Assembly (NCBI GenBank): GCA_034664845.1
Contig: JAXDGW010000047.1
Location: 16,369-80,368 of the forward strand
DNA length: 64,000 bases
Direction: 5' to 3'
Source: Thermoanaerobaculia bacterium
Lineage (GTDB): Bacteria; Acidobacteriota; Thermoanaerobaculia; Gp7-AA8
Under the pieces are notes generated by a model, which was given only the letters and a program-made list of their open reading frames with translations, did not search any database and was not told where the DNA came from. This document shows positions 28,691 to 37,800 of the stretch, piece by piece (position 1 is the stretch's first letter; every line of letters begins with the position of its first letter). The translations under genes were made by a program, and so were the position numbers.

Positions 28691-31150
28691 ATGCGCGTCG
28701 ACCATGAGAAGCGGGAGATCCTCTGTTCGGTTGGGGATCTCGTTTATGAATCGACCTACCGGCGCATCGGTGTCGAGCGTGGGGACGGGTTCCGGCGGAT
28801 GTGGATCGGGCAGGACATTCACACCAAGCGCGCGGAACAGCGGACCGGCGAGGATGCGAATTACCGCGCCGAGGTGCATGTCGTCCATCGGACGCAACTT
28901 GGGGCGTGGACGGTCATCATCACCGGGCGCATCGACGGGCTGTCGGTCGACAGGGCGGCGAAGCGCGTCTCGATCGAAGAGGTGAAATCGATTCATTTCG
29001 ACCTCGAGCTCGAAGCGCTCTATCGCTCCGACAAGCTCCAGCGGCATCTATTTCAATTGCTGCTGTACTCGTACTTTCTATCCGGACAGCCCGACTTCGA
29101 GGGCTTTACATTTGCGCCGCAACTCGTACTGATCGATCTCATCTCCGGCGACGCCAAGACGATCGACGCCGAGTTCGATCGGGAAGTCGTTCTCAGCACG
29201 CTCAACGACCGGCTGGAGCGGCTCATCACAGACCTCGAGACGGCGTCGGCGCTGCGCGTGGCCAAGCGCGCCTTCGCCGACACGTTGTCGTTTCCGTTCG
29301 ACACGATGCGACACGGGCAGCAGGAAATCGTCTCCTCCGTCGCGAGGACGGTCTATCAGCGCGAGGCGCTCCTGATCTCCGCGCCGACCGGCATCGGCAA
29401 GACGATGGCCGTCCTCTATCCGGCCGTGAAGCAGGCGCTGAAGCTCGGGAAGAAGCTCTTCTTCCTGACGTCGAAAACGATGCAGCAGGATGCTGCGGTC
29501 GAAGCGCTGCAACTGCTCAACGACGGCTCGTTTCGCGTGCTGCGCATCCGCGCCAAGCAGAAAATGTGCGCGCACTCCGAGATGATCTGCCACGAGGATT
29601 TCTGCCCGTACGCGGCGCGCTACTCGGAGAAGATGCAGCGCACGGATCTCGTCAATCATCTCGTGACGTCGATGAGCTATTTCGATCCGGCCCTCACGTT
29701 CGAGATGGCCAAATCGAACGAGGTCTGCCCGTTCGAGGTCTCGCTGGAGCTGATCGAGCAGGCCGATGTGATCGTCTGCGATTACAACTACATCTTCGAT
29801 CCGTACGTCGGTTTGAAGGCGTACCAGCAGGAGAACGACTACGGCGATTGCGTGCTCGTCGTCGATGAGGCGCACAACCTGATCGACCGCGGCCGCGGCT
29901 ACTACTCGCCCGAGTTGCACGAGCAGCTCTTCGATCGCATCCGCAATCATCTGGCCGGCCGCAATTGCTGGCTCGACGGCGCCGACGAGTTGCTGGAGCA
30001 ACTTCGCGATCACTTCCGCACGCTGGCCGAGGCGATCGATGAGGAGGCGGGAGTGAAGCAGGCGCTCTGCGAGCCGGACCGCGAGCTTTTCGTCGAACAG
30101 CGGACGGAGTGGGAGCGGCTGATCATTCACTACATCGGCTGGAAGATCGAAAACCGCATCGCCGAGGAAGACGATCCGGTGATCGATTTCTACTTCCGCC
30201 TGATGAAGGTCGCCAACCTGATGACGGAGAAGGGCGACGAGTTCGCGCACCTCATCGAGCGCACGCCGGAAGGTCTCAAACTCAAGATCTTCTGCAAAGA
30301 CCCCTCGCGCTTTCTCGGCAGGATCTTTGACTCCGCGCACGCCACGATCGCGCTCTCCGCTACGCTCGAGCCTTTCGATTTCTATCGCAAGCTCCTCGGA
30401 TTTCCCACCGATCGAACGACCGAGCTCGCGTTGCCCTCACCGTTCCCGCGCGAAAACCGCAAGATCGTCGTCATCTCCGAGGTCGATACGTCGTACAAGA
30501 AGCGCGCGGACTCGTATGACCGCATCGCCGACAACGTCGCCTCCATCGCCGAGGCCGGCGACGGCAACTTCCTGGCGCTCTTTCCCAGCTACGCGTTTCT
30601 GCGCGAGATCTCCGACCGCATGCCGCCCATTCGCAAACACGTGATGGTGCAGCGCACGGACATGACCGACTACGAGCGCAACGCCATGCTCGACATTCTT
30701 CGCGAGCGCTCGCGCAAGGGCAACCTCATCATGGCCGTCTCCGGCGGCATGTACGCGGAAGGGATCGACTACCGCGGCGACATGCTCTCCGGCGTCATGG
30801 TCATCGGCCCGGCGCTGCCTCAGGTCAGCTTCGAACAGGAGCTCCTCAAGCAGTACTACGACGAGCAGTACGGATCAGGTTTCGAGTTCGCGTACCTGAT
30901 CCCGGGCATGACGCGCGTCGTGCAGTCGGCCGGCCGCGTGATCCGCAGCGAAACCGACATCGGCGTGATCGCTCTGCTCTGCCGCCGCTTCACGCAGCAG
31001 CCGTATACGCAATTCTTCCCCACCGATTGGTACGATGAATCGCCGCGCGAGCTGATCTCGAAGAAGCCGGCCAGCGAGATCCGCGCGTTCTTCGAAGCGA
31101 AAGCGTTAGCCTACGAAGCCGCGCACACGCCGCAGTTGCGGCTGGTGTGA
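28691..31150 (+). CDS. PD-(D/E)XK nuclease fused to an Fe-S DinG/XPD (Rad3) family helicase
   Basis: N-terminal GRIDGL..IEEVKS..QLLLY; Walker A APTGIGKT; Cys cluster (KMC..IC...FCPY...CPFE); DEAH; EGID; QSAGRVIR. Confidence 0.9.
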   Translation: MRVDHEKREILCSVGDLVYESTYRRIGVERGDGFRRMWIGQDIHTKRAEQRTGEDANYRAEVHVVHRTQLGAWTVIITGRIDGLSVDRAAKRVSIEEVKSIHFDLELEALYRSDKLQRHLFQLLLYSYFLSGQPDFEGFTFAPQLVLIDLISGDAKTIDAEFDREVVLSTLNDRLERLITDLETASALRVAKRAFADTLSFPFDTMRHGQQEIVSSVARTVYQREALLISAPTGIGKTMAVLYPAVKQALKLGKKLFFLTSKTMQQDAAVEALQLLNDGSFRVLRIRAKQKMCAHSEMICHEDFCPYAARYSEKMQRTDLVNHLVTSMSYFDPALTFEMAKSNEVCPFEVSLELIEQADVIVCDYNYIFDPYVGLKAYQQENDYGDCVLVVDEAHNLIDRGRGYYSPELHEQLFDRIRNHLAGRNCWLDGADELLEQLRDHFRTLAEAIDEEAGVKQALCEPDRELFVEQRTEWERLIIHYIGWKIENRIAEEDDPVIDFYFRLMKVANLMTEKGDEFAHLIERTPEGLKLKIFCKDPSRFLGRIFDSAHATIALSATLEPFDFYRKLLGFPTDRTTELALPSPFPRENRKIVVISEVDTSYKKRADSYDRIADNVASIAEAGDGNFLALFPSYAFLREISDRMPPIRKHVMVQRTDMTDYERNAMLDILRERSRKGNLIMAVSGGMYAEGIDYRGDMLSGVMVIGPALPQVSFEQELLKQYYDEQYGSGFEFAYLIPGMTRVVQSAGRVIRSETDIGVIALLCRRFTQQPYTQFFPTDWYDESPRELISKKPASEIRAFFEAKALAYEAAHTPQLRLV

Positions 31151-31161
31151 GAAGGAAGACG

Positions 31162-31737
31162 ATGACGAATACGGACAGCGCACGTTTCACTCTTCACACG
31201 TCACTCGTCACCCTTATTTTTCTCGCTTCCTGCGCAACCACCCCGGCCGCACCTCCAGCCCCGCGCCTCCCGCAATGGAACACCATGCCCGCCGCGGTGC
31301 TGGATGCATTCTGCGCTAACTTCCGCGATGAAGGGATCTCGACATCGACCACCGTCAACGTCGTCAAGAACGCGCAGCGCCTGCTGATCACGACTGCGTC
31401 GATGCAGACACTGGCGGAGTCCCAGTTCTACCACGGCAAAGTCGATCCGGCCCGCGCCGCAACTGCGGCTGCCGAGGAAGCGGTGGAGATGCCGATCACG
31501 ATCACCCGCGGTTGCGCGTGGCGGCCGATCGAACCGCAGACTGGCGCGCGCTACACCGACACGATGACGCTCGAGCTTTCGCCTCCCATCGCGAACCCGT
31601 TCGCCCGCAATTCTGCCGGCCTCTTCGCCCGCATGGCCCTCGGCGGCGAAGCTCCGACCTGGTACTGGATGCCGCTTGTTCCGCGCGGCGACACGTGGAC
31701 GCCAGGCCGGTTGACGATGCTGGCGTACCGGCAGTGA
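31162..31737 (+). CDS. Hypothetical lipoprotein
   Basis: Lipobox LASC. Confidence 0.7.
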   Translation: MTNTDSARFTLHTSLVTLIFLASCATTPAAPPAPRLPQWNTMPAAVLDAFCANFRDEGISTSTTVNVVKNAQRLLITTASMQTLAESQFYHGKVDPARAATAAAEEAVEMPITITRGCAWRPIEPQTGARYTDTMTLELSPPIANPFARNSAGLFARMALGGEAPTWYWMPLVPRGDTWTPGRLTMLAYRQ

Positions 31738-31841
31738 TTCGCTGAAAAGGCGGTCAATTTCCCCCGCCGCAGCTCTTCCCGACTGCTCGAATGCGGAAAC
31801 TGCAGGGCTTGTCCGTCTTCAGACAAAAAAGGAAGGTACCT

Positions 31842-32699
31842 ATGAATGCTCTGCCGGTCGCCACGGTATTCGCACTCGTGCTGTCATCTGGATTCGCCCT
31901 CGGCCAGGAAACGGCTGCCGACGTTCTCACACCGGTGGCCACCTCTGAGCCCTACATCCGCAATATCGCTACTTTCCTCCAGCAGTGTCCTGACCGCGAT
32001 CCGGCATATGCGGAGATCAGCAGAGACTTCGAGATCCGCAGAAATGACAAGGCCACTGCTGCGCCGGCATGCACCGAGCCAATCTCGGCAATTCCGATCG
32101 CGCAGTACACCGATGAGTTGATTGTGCGCCAGGGACTGAGAGTCATCTATTACATGGACCGGGGGCAGTCCGGGCATCTCCCCTGGACCTCCGGCGCCTT
32201 GTACCCCTGGATGAAATCGAAAATCCAGGGGATCAACATCGTCGATGGCGTGGTCGGCGGGTACTGTTGCGCCACGCTCGATGGGAAGCGCTTCATCGTC
32301 ATCGGAAACCAGAACGACTCCAATCGAGACTTTGATCGGACATGGTCTGGAATCTCAGGAAACATCGACTTTTACACCCACGAAGCGCGTCACGTCGATG
32401 GCTTCCCCCACAGCTCCTGCTGCGGCATCGCCAATGGTTGCGACGACAACTTCGATCCGAACAATCTATCCGCGTACGGAGTGCAATGGTGGCTCAACAG
32501 CCTATGGCTCAACGGCACGATCAATGTGGGTGACGCATGTGCAGGGTCAGCGAAGAGCAGTGCCCAGTGGTTTCTAAGCGGAATGAACTCGCAATACAGG
32601 GGCCGGTTCTGCACAATCAAACCCGACCTCGTGTCGTTGCCCGCGGTCCCGGAGGGAAGTTGCCCTCCTCAGCCACGACACAGGTCAGCGAAAAAATAA
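31842..32699 (+). CDS. Secreted Cys-rich protein with an HExxH motif (putative zincin)
   Basis: Signal peptide, YTHEARHVDGFPH, multiple Cys, basic C-terminal tail PRHRSAKK. Confidence 0.65.
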   Translation: MNALPVATVFALVLSSGFALGQETAADVLTPVATSEPYIRNIATFLQQCPDRDPAYAEISRDFEIRRNDKATAAPACTEPISAIPIAQYTDELIVRQGLRVIYYMDRGQSGHLPWTSGALYPWMKSKIQGINIVDGVVGGYCCATLDGKRFIVIGNQNDSNRDFDRTWSGISGNIDFYTHEARHVDGFPHSSCCGIANGCDDNFDPNNLSAYGVQWWLNSLWLNGTINVGDACAGSAKSSAQWFLSGMNSQYRGRFCTIKPDLVSLPAVPEGSCPPQPRHRSAKK

Positions 32700-32785
32700 T
32701 CTGGCAACAGCGCTACGCGCGGTCCTTGTCCCTTCTCGCCTCGGTATGATCTGTCGCAACGATTCGTGCCGAGGAGAGCAGGCCA

Positions 32786-33208
32786 ATGCAACCAGTCATC
32801 GTCCGCGCCGCAGATTCGCTTCGTAACGACATCGAGGCCGGCCCGCACCATCTCATCGGTGACGAGCCGGCGAGTGCCGGGGGGACGGAGTTGGGGCCGA
32901 CGCCGTACGACTTCCTCGCCGCGGCCCTCGGCACCTGCACATCGATGACGTTGCGCGTCGTCGCGAAGCGGGAGAACATTCCGCTCGAAGGTGTCGAGAT
33001 CACGGTCGAGAACGACCGAATGCACGCGAAAGACTGCGCCGATTGCCTCACCACAAGCGGTTACATCCACCAGTTCACCGTCGCGATCAAGCTCATCGGC
33101 AACCTGACGCCGGTGCAAAGGCAGCGTATGCTGGACGTCGCGGCGCGTTGCCCGGTCAACAAAACGCTCCGCTCCGAGATCCGCATCGACGAACGTCTCG
33201 CCGACTGA
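32786..33208 (+). CDS. OsmC family protein
   Basis: DEPASAGG.ELGPTPYDFL..ALGTCTSMT...RCPV motifs. Confidence 0.92.
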   Translation: MQPVIVRAADSLRNDIEAGPHHLIGDEPASAGGTELGPTPYDFLAAALGTCTSMTLRVVAKRENIPLEGVEITVENDRMHAKDCADCLTTSGYIHQFTVAIKLIGNLTPVQRQRMLDVAARCPVNKTLRSEIRIDERLAD

Positions 33209-33245
33209 GTTGCGCGGGTCATCAACAACGGCAAAGATTTGTCGA

Positions 33246-33716
33246 ATGTCACTACCGGAAGAAACACGGCAACGGGTGCTGGTCGCCGATGACGATCAGT
33301 CGATCCGCCAACTCGTCTGCACGATCGTCAAGCGCGAGGATCTCGCCTGCGATGCCGCCGGCGACGGCCGCGAGGCCATCGAGTATCTCGGCAAGCACGA
33401 GTACGCGGTCGTCCTGCTCGATTTGATGATGCCGCGCCTCGACGGCTTCGGTGTCATCGCCTGGCTGAAGGAGAATCCCCCGCCGGTCAAACCGATCGTG
33501 CTGGTGATCACCGCCTACGCCGATCAGCGCTTCAAGGAAGTCGACTCCGATCTCGTTTCCGGCATCGTTCGCAAACCATTCGAAGTCGCTGACCTCGGCA
33601 ATCTGATCCGCCTCTGCGTGACCGGATTCAACGAGGAGCTGAGCCAGAAGCTCTACCTGTCGAAAGACCGCGCCATCCGCGATTTCGCGCGCGGCGAGGA
33701 CGATCGGGAGACGTAG
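33246..33716 (+). CDS. Single-domain response regulator
   Basis: VLVADDD, LLDLMMP and KPF receiver motifs. Confidence 0.9.
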   Translation: MSLPEETRQRVLVADDDQSIRQLVCTIVKREDLACDAAGDGREAIEYLGKHEYAVVLLDLMMPRLDGFGVIAWLKENPPPVKPIVLVITAYADQRFKEVDSDLVSGIVRKPFEVADLGNLIRLCVTGFNEELSQKLYLSKDRAIRDFARGEDDRET

Positions 33717-33837
33717 TTTTGCGGTAGCGAGGGCGCGTGGTCACGCGGTCTCGTGGTCTCTTAGCCCGCAGTTCTCCCACTTCTAGCGAAATTGCGGGTA
33801 CTGCGTTCAATCGAGCTCCTTCTGAAAGCGAATCGCT

Positions 33838-33904
33838 CACCACAGAGGCACTGAGAGCACAAAGATCATCATCGAAAACTCCGTGATCTCTGCGTCTCTG
33901 TGGT
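33838..33904. repeat. Inverted 9-mer repeat hairpin
   Basis: ACCACAGAGGCACTGAGAGCACAAAG...CTCCGTGATCTCTGCGTCTCTGTGGT; same family as 8381-8458. Confidence 0.8.
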
Positions 33905-33978
33905 TCAAGGTTGCGAGAAACGCGGTTACTGGCGCGGTCCGCAGCGCGCCGCATGACTGCGCCAACCGCGCTACCCCG

Positions 33979-35832
33979 CTACCGCGAAGACCAATTCTCG
34001 ATCCAGTACTGCAGGATGATCAGCGCCCAGAGCGGTTTCGCGTTATTCGCCCGGCCCGCGCGATGCGCGGCGAGGAGCTCGGCTACGACTCTTTCATCGA
34101 GCAATCCCTGCGACCGCAGCCGCTCCGGAGCAAGCAGGCGATCGACTTCGGATCGCAATCCCTCGTTCAGCCAGCTCGCGATCGGCACGCTCAGTCCGCG
34201 CTTGCGGCGGTAGATCACGTCCTTCGGCAGCCAGCGCTCGGCCGCTTTCTTCAGCACCCACTTTGTCTCGAAACGGCGAAGGCGCAGATCCGTTGGAAGC
34301 GAGAGCGCGAAACGCGTCACGTCGCGGTCGAGGAACGGCGCGCGCGCTTCGACCGACGACAGCATCGTGGCGCGGTCCACCTTCACGAGCAGGTTGTCGC
34401 GAAGGTAGCTGCGGTAATCGAGCAGCATCGCTCCGGCCAGCGGATCGGTGGCCGCGGGCGCTACCGGAAGGTCCGGCAACTCCGCGCGGAGTTTATAGAC
34501 ATCGGCTGACAATCCCGTTCCGAACCACGCCAGATGACGCTCGATCCACGGTTTTTCGGCATCGGATACAAAGCGCTTCAGCAGGAACTCCAGCGTCACC
34601 TTCTTCGTCGACGACGGCACGCGCTGGACCATGCGCCGCAGGGTTGCGCGAACGAACGACGGCATCGCGTCGTACAGCGGCGCGAGCTTGTGGCCAATGT
34701 AGGTCGGGTAGCCGCCGAACAACTCGTCCGCACCCTCGCCGCTGAGGACGACTTTCACATGCTGCCGCGCCGCCCGCGCGAGCAGAAACGTCGGCAGGAT
34801 GGCGGGATCGGCCAGCGGTTCGGCGACGCCTCGCACGACGCTCTGCAACGCCTCGAGCAGCGTGCGCGCGTCGGTCGGCACCGGCACGTAACGAGTTTGG
34901 ATCCGCTTCGCCAACTCCTCGGCGACCGGACTCTCGTCGTACGACTGCTCCGCAAACGCTGCCGAGTATGTATGCACCTTGTCGACGCCGATGTACTTCG
35001 CCGCCAGCGTCGCCAGGATCGACGAGTCGAGTCCGCCGCTGGTGAAAACGCCGACCGGAACGTCGGCCATGACCTGCTTCTCCACCGCGCGCTCGACGAG
35101 CTTCCGCGTCTCCGCAACCGCTTCACGCGCCGAGATTTTCTCGATGCGAAACGATTCCGCATCCCAGTAGCGGACCGCTTCCTGTCCGCTCTTCGTAAAC
35201 CGCACGAACGTTCCCGCCTCGACGCGGCGGACGTCGCGAAACGGAGTGCGCGGCTCGGGGATGTATCCGAGGCGCAGATATTCGCCGATGGCGACGGGAT
35301 CGAGCTCGCGGCTGACGTCCGGATGCCGCAACAAACATTGCAGCTCCGACGCAAAAATCACCTCGGCGCCGGAAGTCCCTCCGACCTTCGCGTAAAACAG
35401 CGGCTTCTCGCCGGCGCGGTCTCGCGCGAGGATGAGCGTGTGCGTGCGAGCATCCCAGATCGCCAGACCAAACATCCCGTCGAGCTCCGGAATCGCAGCG
35501 ACACCGCGTTCCAGATACAGCGGCAGAATCGTCTCGACATCCGACTGCGAGCGGTAGGGATAGTCGGGATAGCGCTTCCGAATCTCGGGCGCGTTGTAAA
35601 TCTCGCCATTGCACTCGAGCCAGACCTGCGAACCGGGAGCGGCAAAGGGCTGATCCGCGCGCTCATGAAGATCGATGATACGAAGCCGCTCCGTGCCGAT
35701 GACCGCATCGGGGCGCGTGAACTCCGCGTGACCATCCGGCCCGCGGTGCCGCAGCGCCTCCCCCATGTACCCCAGCACCTCGGGGTGACGCAGCGCCGCG
35801 CCGTCGGCGACCATTCCATAGATTCCACACAT
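33979..35832 (-). CDS. asnB: Asparagine synthase (glutamine-hydrolysing) family amidotransferase
   Basis: MCGI start, HRGPD, NGEIYN, SGGLDSS and SGEGADELFGGY motifs. Confidence 0.93.
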   Translation of the reverse strand: MCGIYGMVADGAALRHPEVLGYMGEALRHRGPDGHAEFTRPDAVIGTERLRIIDLHERADQPFAAPGSQVWLECNGEIYNAPEIRKRYPDYPYRSQSDVETILPLYLERGVAAIPELDGMFGLAIWDARTHTLILARDRAGEKPLFYAKVGGTSGAEVIFASELQCLLRHPDVSRELDPVAIGEYLRLGYIPEPRTPFRDVRRVEAGTFVRFTKSGQEAVRYWDAESFRIEKISAREAVAETRKLVERAVEKQVMADVPVGVFTSGGLDSSILATLAAKYIGVDKVHTYSAAFAEQSYDESPVAEELAKRIQTRYVPVPTDARTLLEALQSVVRGVAEPLADPAILPTFLLARAARQHVKVVLSGEGADELFGGYPTYIGHKLAPLYDAMPSFVRATLRRMVQRVPSSTKKVTLEFLLKRFVSDAEKPWIERHLAWFGTGLSADVYKLRAELPDLPVAPAATDPLAGAMLLDYRSYLRDNLLVKVDRATMLSSVEARAPFLDRDVTRFALSLPTDLRLRRFETKWVLKKAAERWLPKDVIYRRKRGLSVPIASWLNEGLRSEVDRLLAPERLRSQGLLDERVVAELLAAHRAGRANNAKPLWALIILQYWIENWSSR

Positions 35833-35870
35833 CGCCAGCGACTATAGCAAGCACCCGCCCGTCCACCCTC

Positions 35871-36158
35871 GCTGTCATTCCGAGAGGGCGGGGCGGCGGG
35901 CGGCGAGGAATCCCCTGCCGGCGCAGCGCCGCGAAGAATCCTGCACGAAGGACCGACCCTCGGAGCGCCGAGTCCTACGTGCTGTCATTCCGAGCGGGCG
36001 GGGCGGCGGGGGGCGAGGAATCCCCTGCCGACGCAGCGAAGATCGCTCGTCCGCAATGCTTCTTCGGTCTGTTCAGATGCTGACGCGGTTGATCGACCCT
36101 CGCTGCGTCGTCGGGGGATTCCTCGCCCACCACACGCCCGCCCGCTCGGAATGACAGC
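35871..36158. repeat. GCTGTCATTCCGAG-type REP-like cluster (two direct copies, one inverted)
   Basis: Copies at 35871-35928 and 35981-36038; inverted copy at 36101-36158. Confidence 0.85.
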
Positions 36159-36177
36159 CACGGCGGGCATGCGCGGC

Positions 36178-37767
36178 CTACCGCCCGTACGCCACATACC
36201 GCGCGTCGGCGGCAACCACGCGCAAGCCTCGGGCAGCCAGTTGCGCACGATGCGCAGGGTCGTTGTTCCGCACGATGTAGATCCGCGGCGTCGCGACATC
36301 GAGGAGCGCGGTATCGAGCCAGGACTCCGGCTTGATCGACGCGCCGCCGGCGAAGACCGCGTAGTGGCGGATGAGGTAGTTGCTCGTGAACTCTTCCGCG
36401 TCGGGCGTGACGACGACCATCGATCGTTGCAGGTAGAACGTCATCGAGCCGGTGAACGCATCGACGCCGACGACCTCGGTGCGCGGTGTGATCATCGGCC
36501 GTAATTGTTCGACGAGTCCAGCCTCGGAGCGTCGAGCGCCGATGGCGCGCATGAGCGGATTCGCAGCGAGCGGAATCGCGATCATCGGGATCGTCAGCGC
36601 GATCAGTGCGACGTCTCGCCGCGGGACGAGCGCGAGCGCGCCGCCGATGATCCACGTTGCTCCGATCGCGATCGCGGAGATCTTCGCGGCATCGCCGTAT
36701 TCGGACGGCATGTGCGCAACGAATGGCGCAACGACGAGTGCCGCGCCGACGATCAACAACACGATCGCCGCGGCACGCGAGCCGCTGCGCGCGTCGCGCC
36801 AGATGCGCGCGACCAGCAGCGCGGCCGGCGCCATCAGCGGGAGGATGTACTGCGGCCGTTTCGATTGTGAGATCGAGAAAAAGATGAATGGGATGGTGAT
36901 CCAGAGCAGGAGAAAGATCGTGAAGCGGTCGCGGCGATCGATCGCTTTCGGCGAGCCGAGAAGCACGATCGACCACGGCAAGGCGCCGCCGATGATGTAG
37001 GGGATGAAGTACCAGGGAGGGCCGGTCCGTTTCAGCGCTTTCGTCGCCAATCGCTGCGCGGTCTCGGTGACGACGACGTAGTGCAGAAAATCAGGGATGG
37101 CGCGCGAGATCGCCCACACCCACGGCGCAACCGCGACGATGAAGAGTCCCAGCCCGCCCCACGACCAGAGCGCGCGGAATCGCTTCCGCCAGACCGCATA
37201 CGGAATGGCCACGAGCAGCGGCAACGCGATCGCCACGGGGCCTTTCGTGATCACGCCGAGGCCGATGCAGAGCCACGCCAGCGCAGACCATTTGCGCGAC
37301 TCTTCTTCGCAGGCCAGGTAGAAGAACGCCGTCGCCATCGTGATGAAGAGCGCCAGAGCGCTATCGAAAATCACCGTGCGCGAAAACGAAATCGCCAGCG
37401 GTGTGGCCAGAAAAACGGTCGCAGCGATTACTCCCTCATCGCCCCCGATCACGCGCCGCACGAACCACCAGAGGAACGCAGCGCTGACCAGTGTGAAGAG
37501 AAACGCAGGCAGTCGCGCTGCCACTTCTGTCGCGCCGAGGACTTCCATCGCCGCCGCCTCGGCCGCGAAGTAGACGATCGGCTTGTCGAGGTATGGCAGG
37601 CCGTCGAGGCGCGGCATGACGTAGTCGTTCGTCGCAGCCATCTCGCGGCCGACCTCGGCGTTGCGTCCTTCGTCAGGGTCGAGGAGAGGAAACCCGCCGA
37701 GGTGGAAGGAGAGGGCGATGACGACGACGAGGAGCCACCAGCGGAGTAAAGCGGAAGGAGCGGCCAA
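36178..37767 (-). CDS. ArnT/PMT-like GT-C glycosyltransferase
   Basis: DPDEGRNAEVGREM, YLDKP, TKGPVA and SQSKRPQYILP motifs; polytopic membrane protein. Confidence 0.88.
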   Translation of the reverse strand: MAAPSALLRWWLLVVVIALSFHLGGFPLLDPDEGRNAEVGREMAATNDYVMPRLDGLPYLDKPIVYFAAEAAAMEVLGATEVAARLPAFLFTLVSAAFLWWFVRRVIGGDEGVIAATVFLATPLAISFSRTVIFDSALALFITMATAFFYLACEEESRKWSALAWLCIGLGVITKGPVAIALPLLVAIPYAVWRKRFRALWSWGGLGLFIVAVAPWVWAISRAIPDFLHYVVVTETAQRLATKALKRTGPPWYFIPYIIGGALPWSIVLLGSPKAIDRRDRFTIFLLLWITIPFIFFSISQSKRPQYILPLMAPAALLVARIWRDARSGSRAAAIVLLIVGAALVVAPFVAHMPSEYGDAAKISAIAIGATWIIGGALALVPRRDVALIALTIPMIAIPLAANPLMRAIGARRSEAGLVEQLRPMITPRTEVVGVDAFTGSMTFYLQRSMVVVTPDAEEFTSNYLIRHYAVFAGGASIKPESWLDTALLDVATPRIYIVRNNDPAHRAQLAARGLRVVAADARYVAYGR

Positions 37768-37800
37768 AGCGGGCGAAGGATACCGCTAATATTCGGGCTT

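Noticed and set aside
28691-31150. Type IV CRISPR DinG or Cas4 assignment
   Set aside because: No csf/cas neighbours or array; the architecture fits a stand-alone repair helicase.
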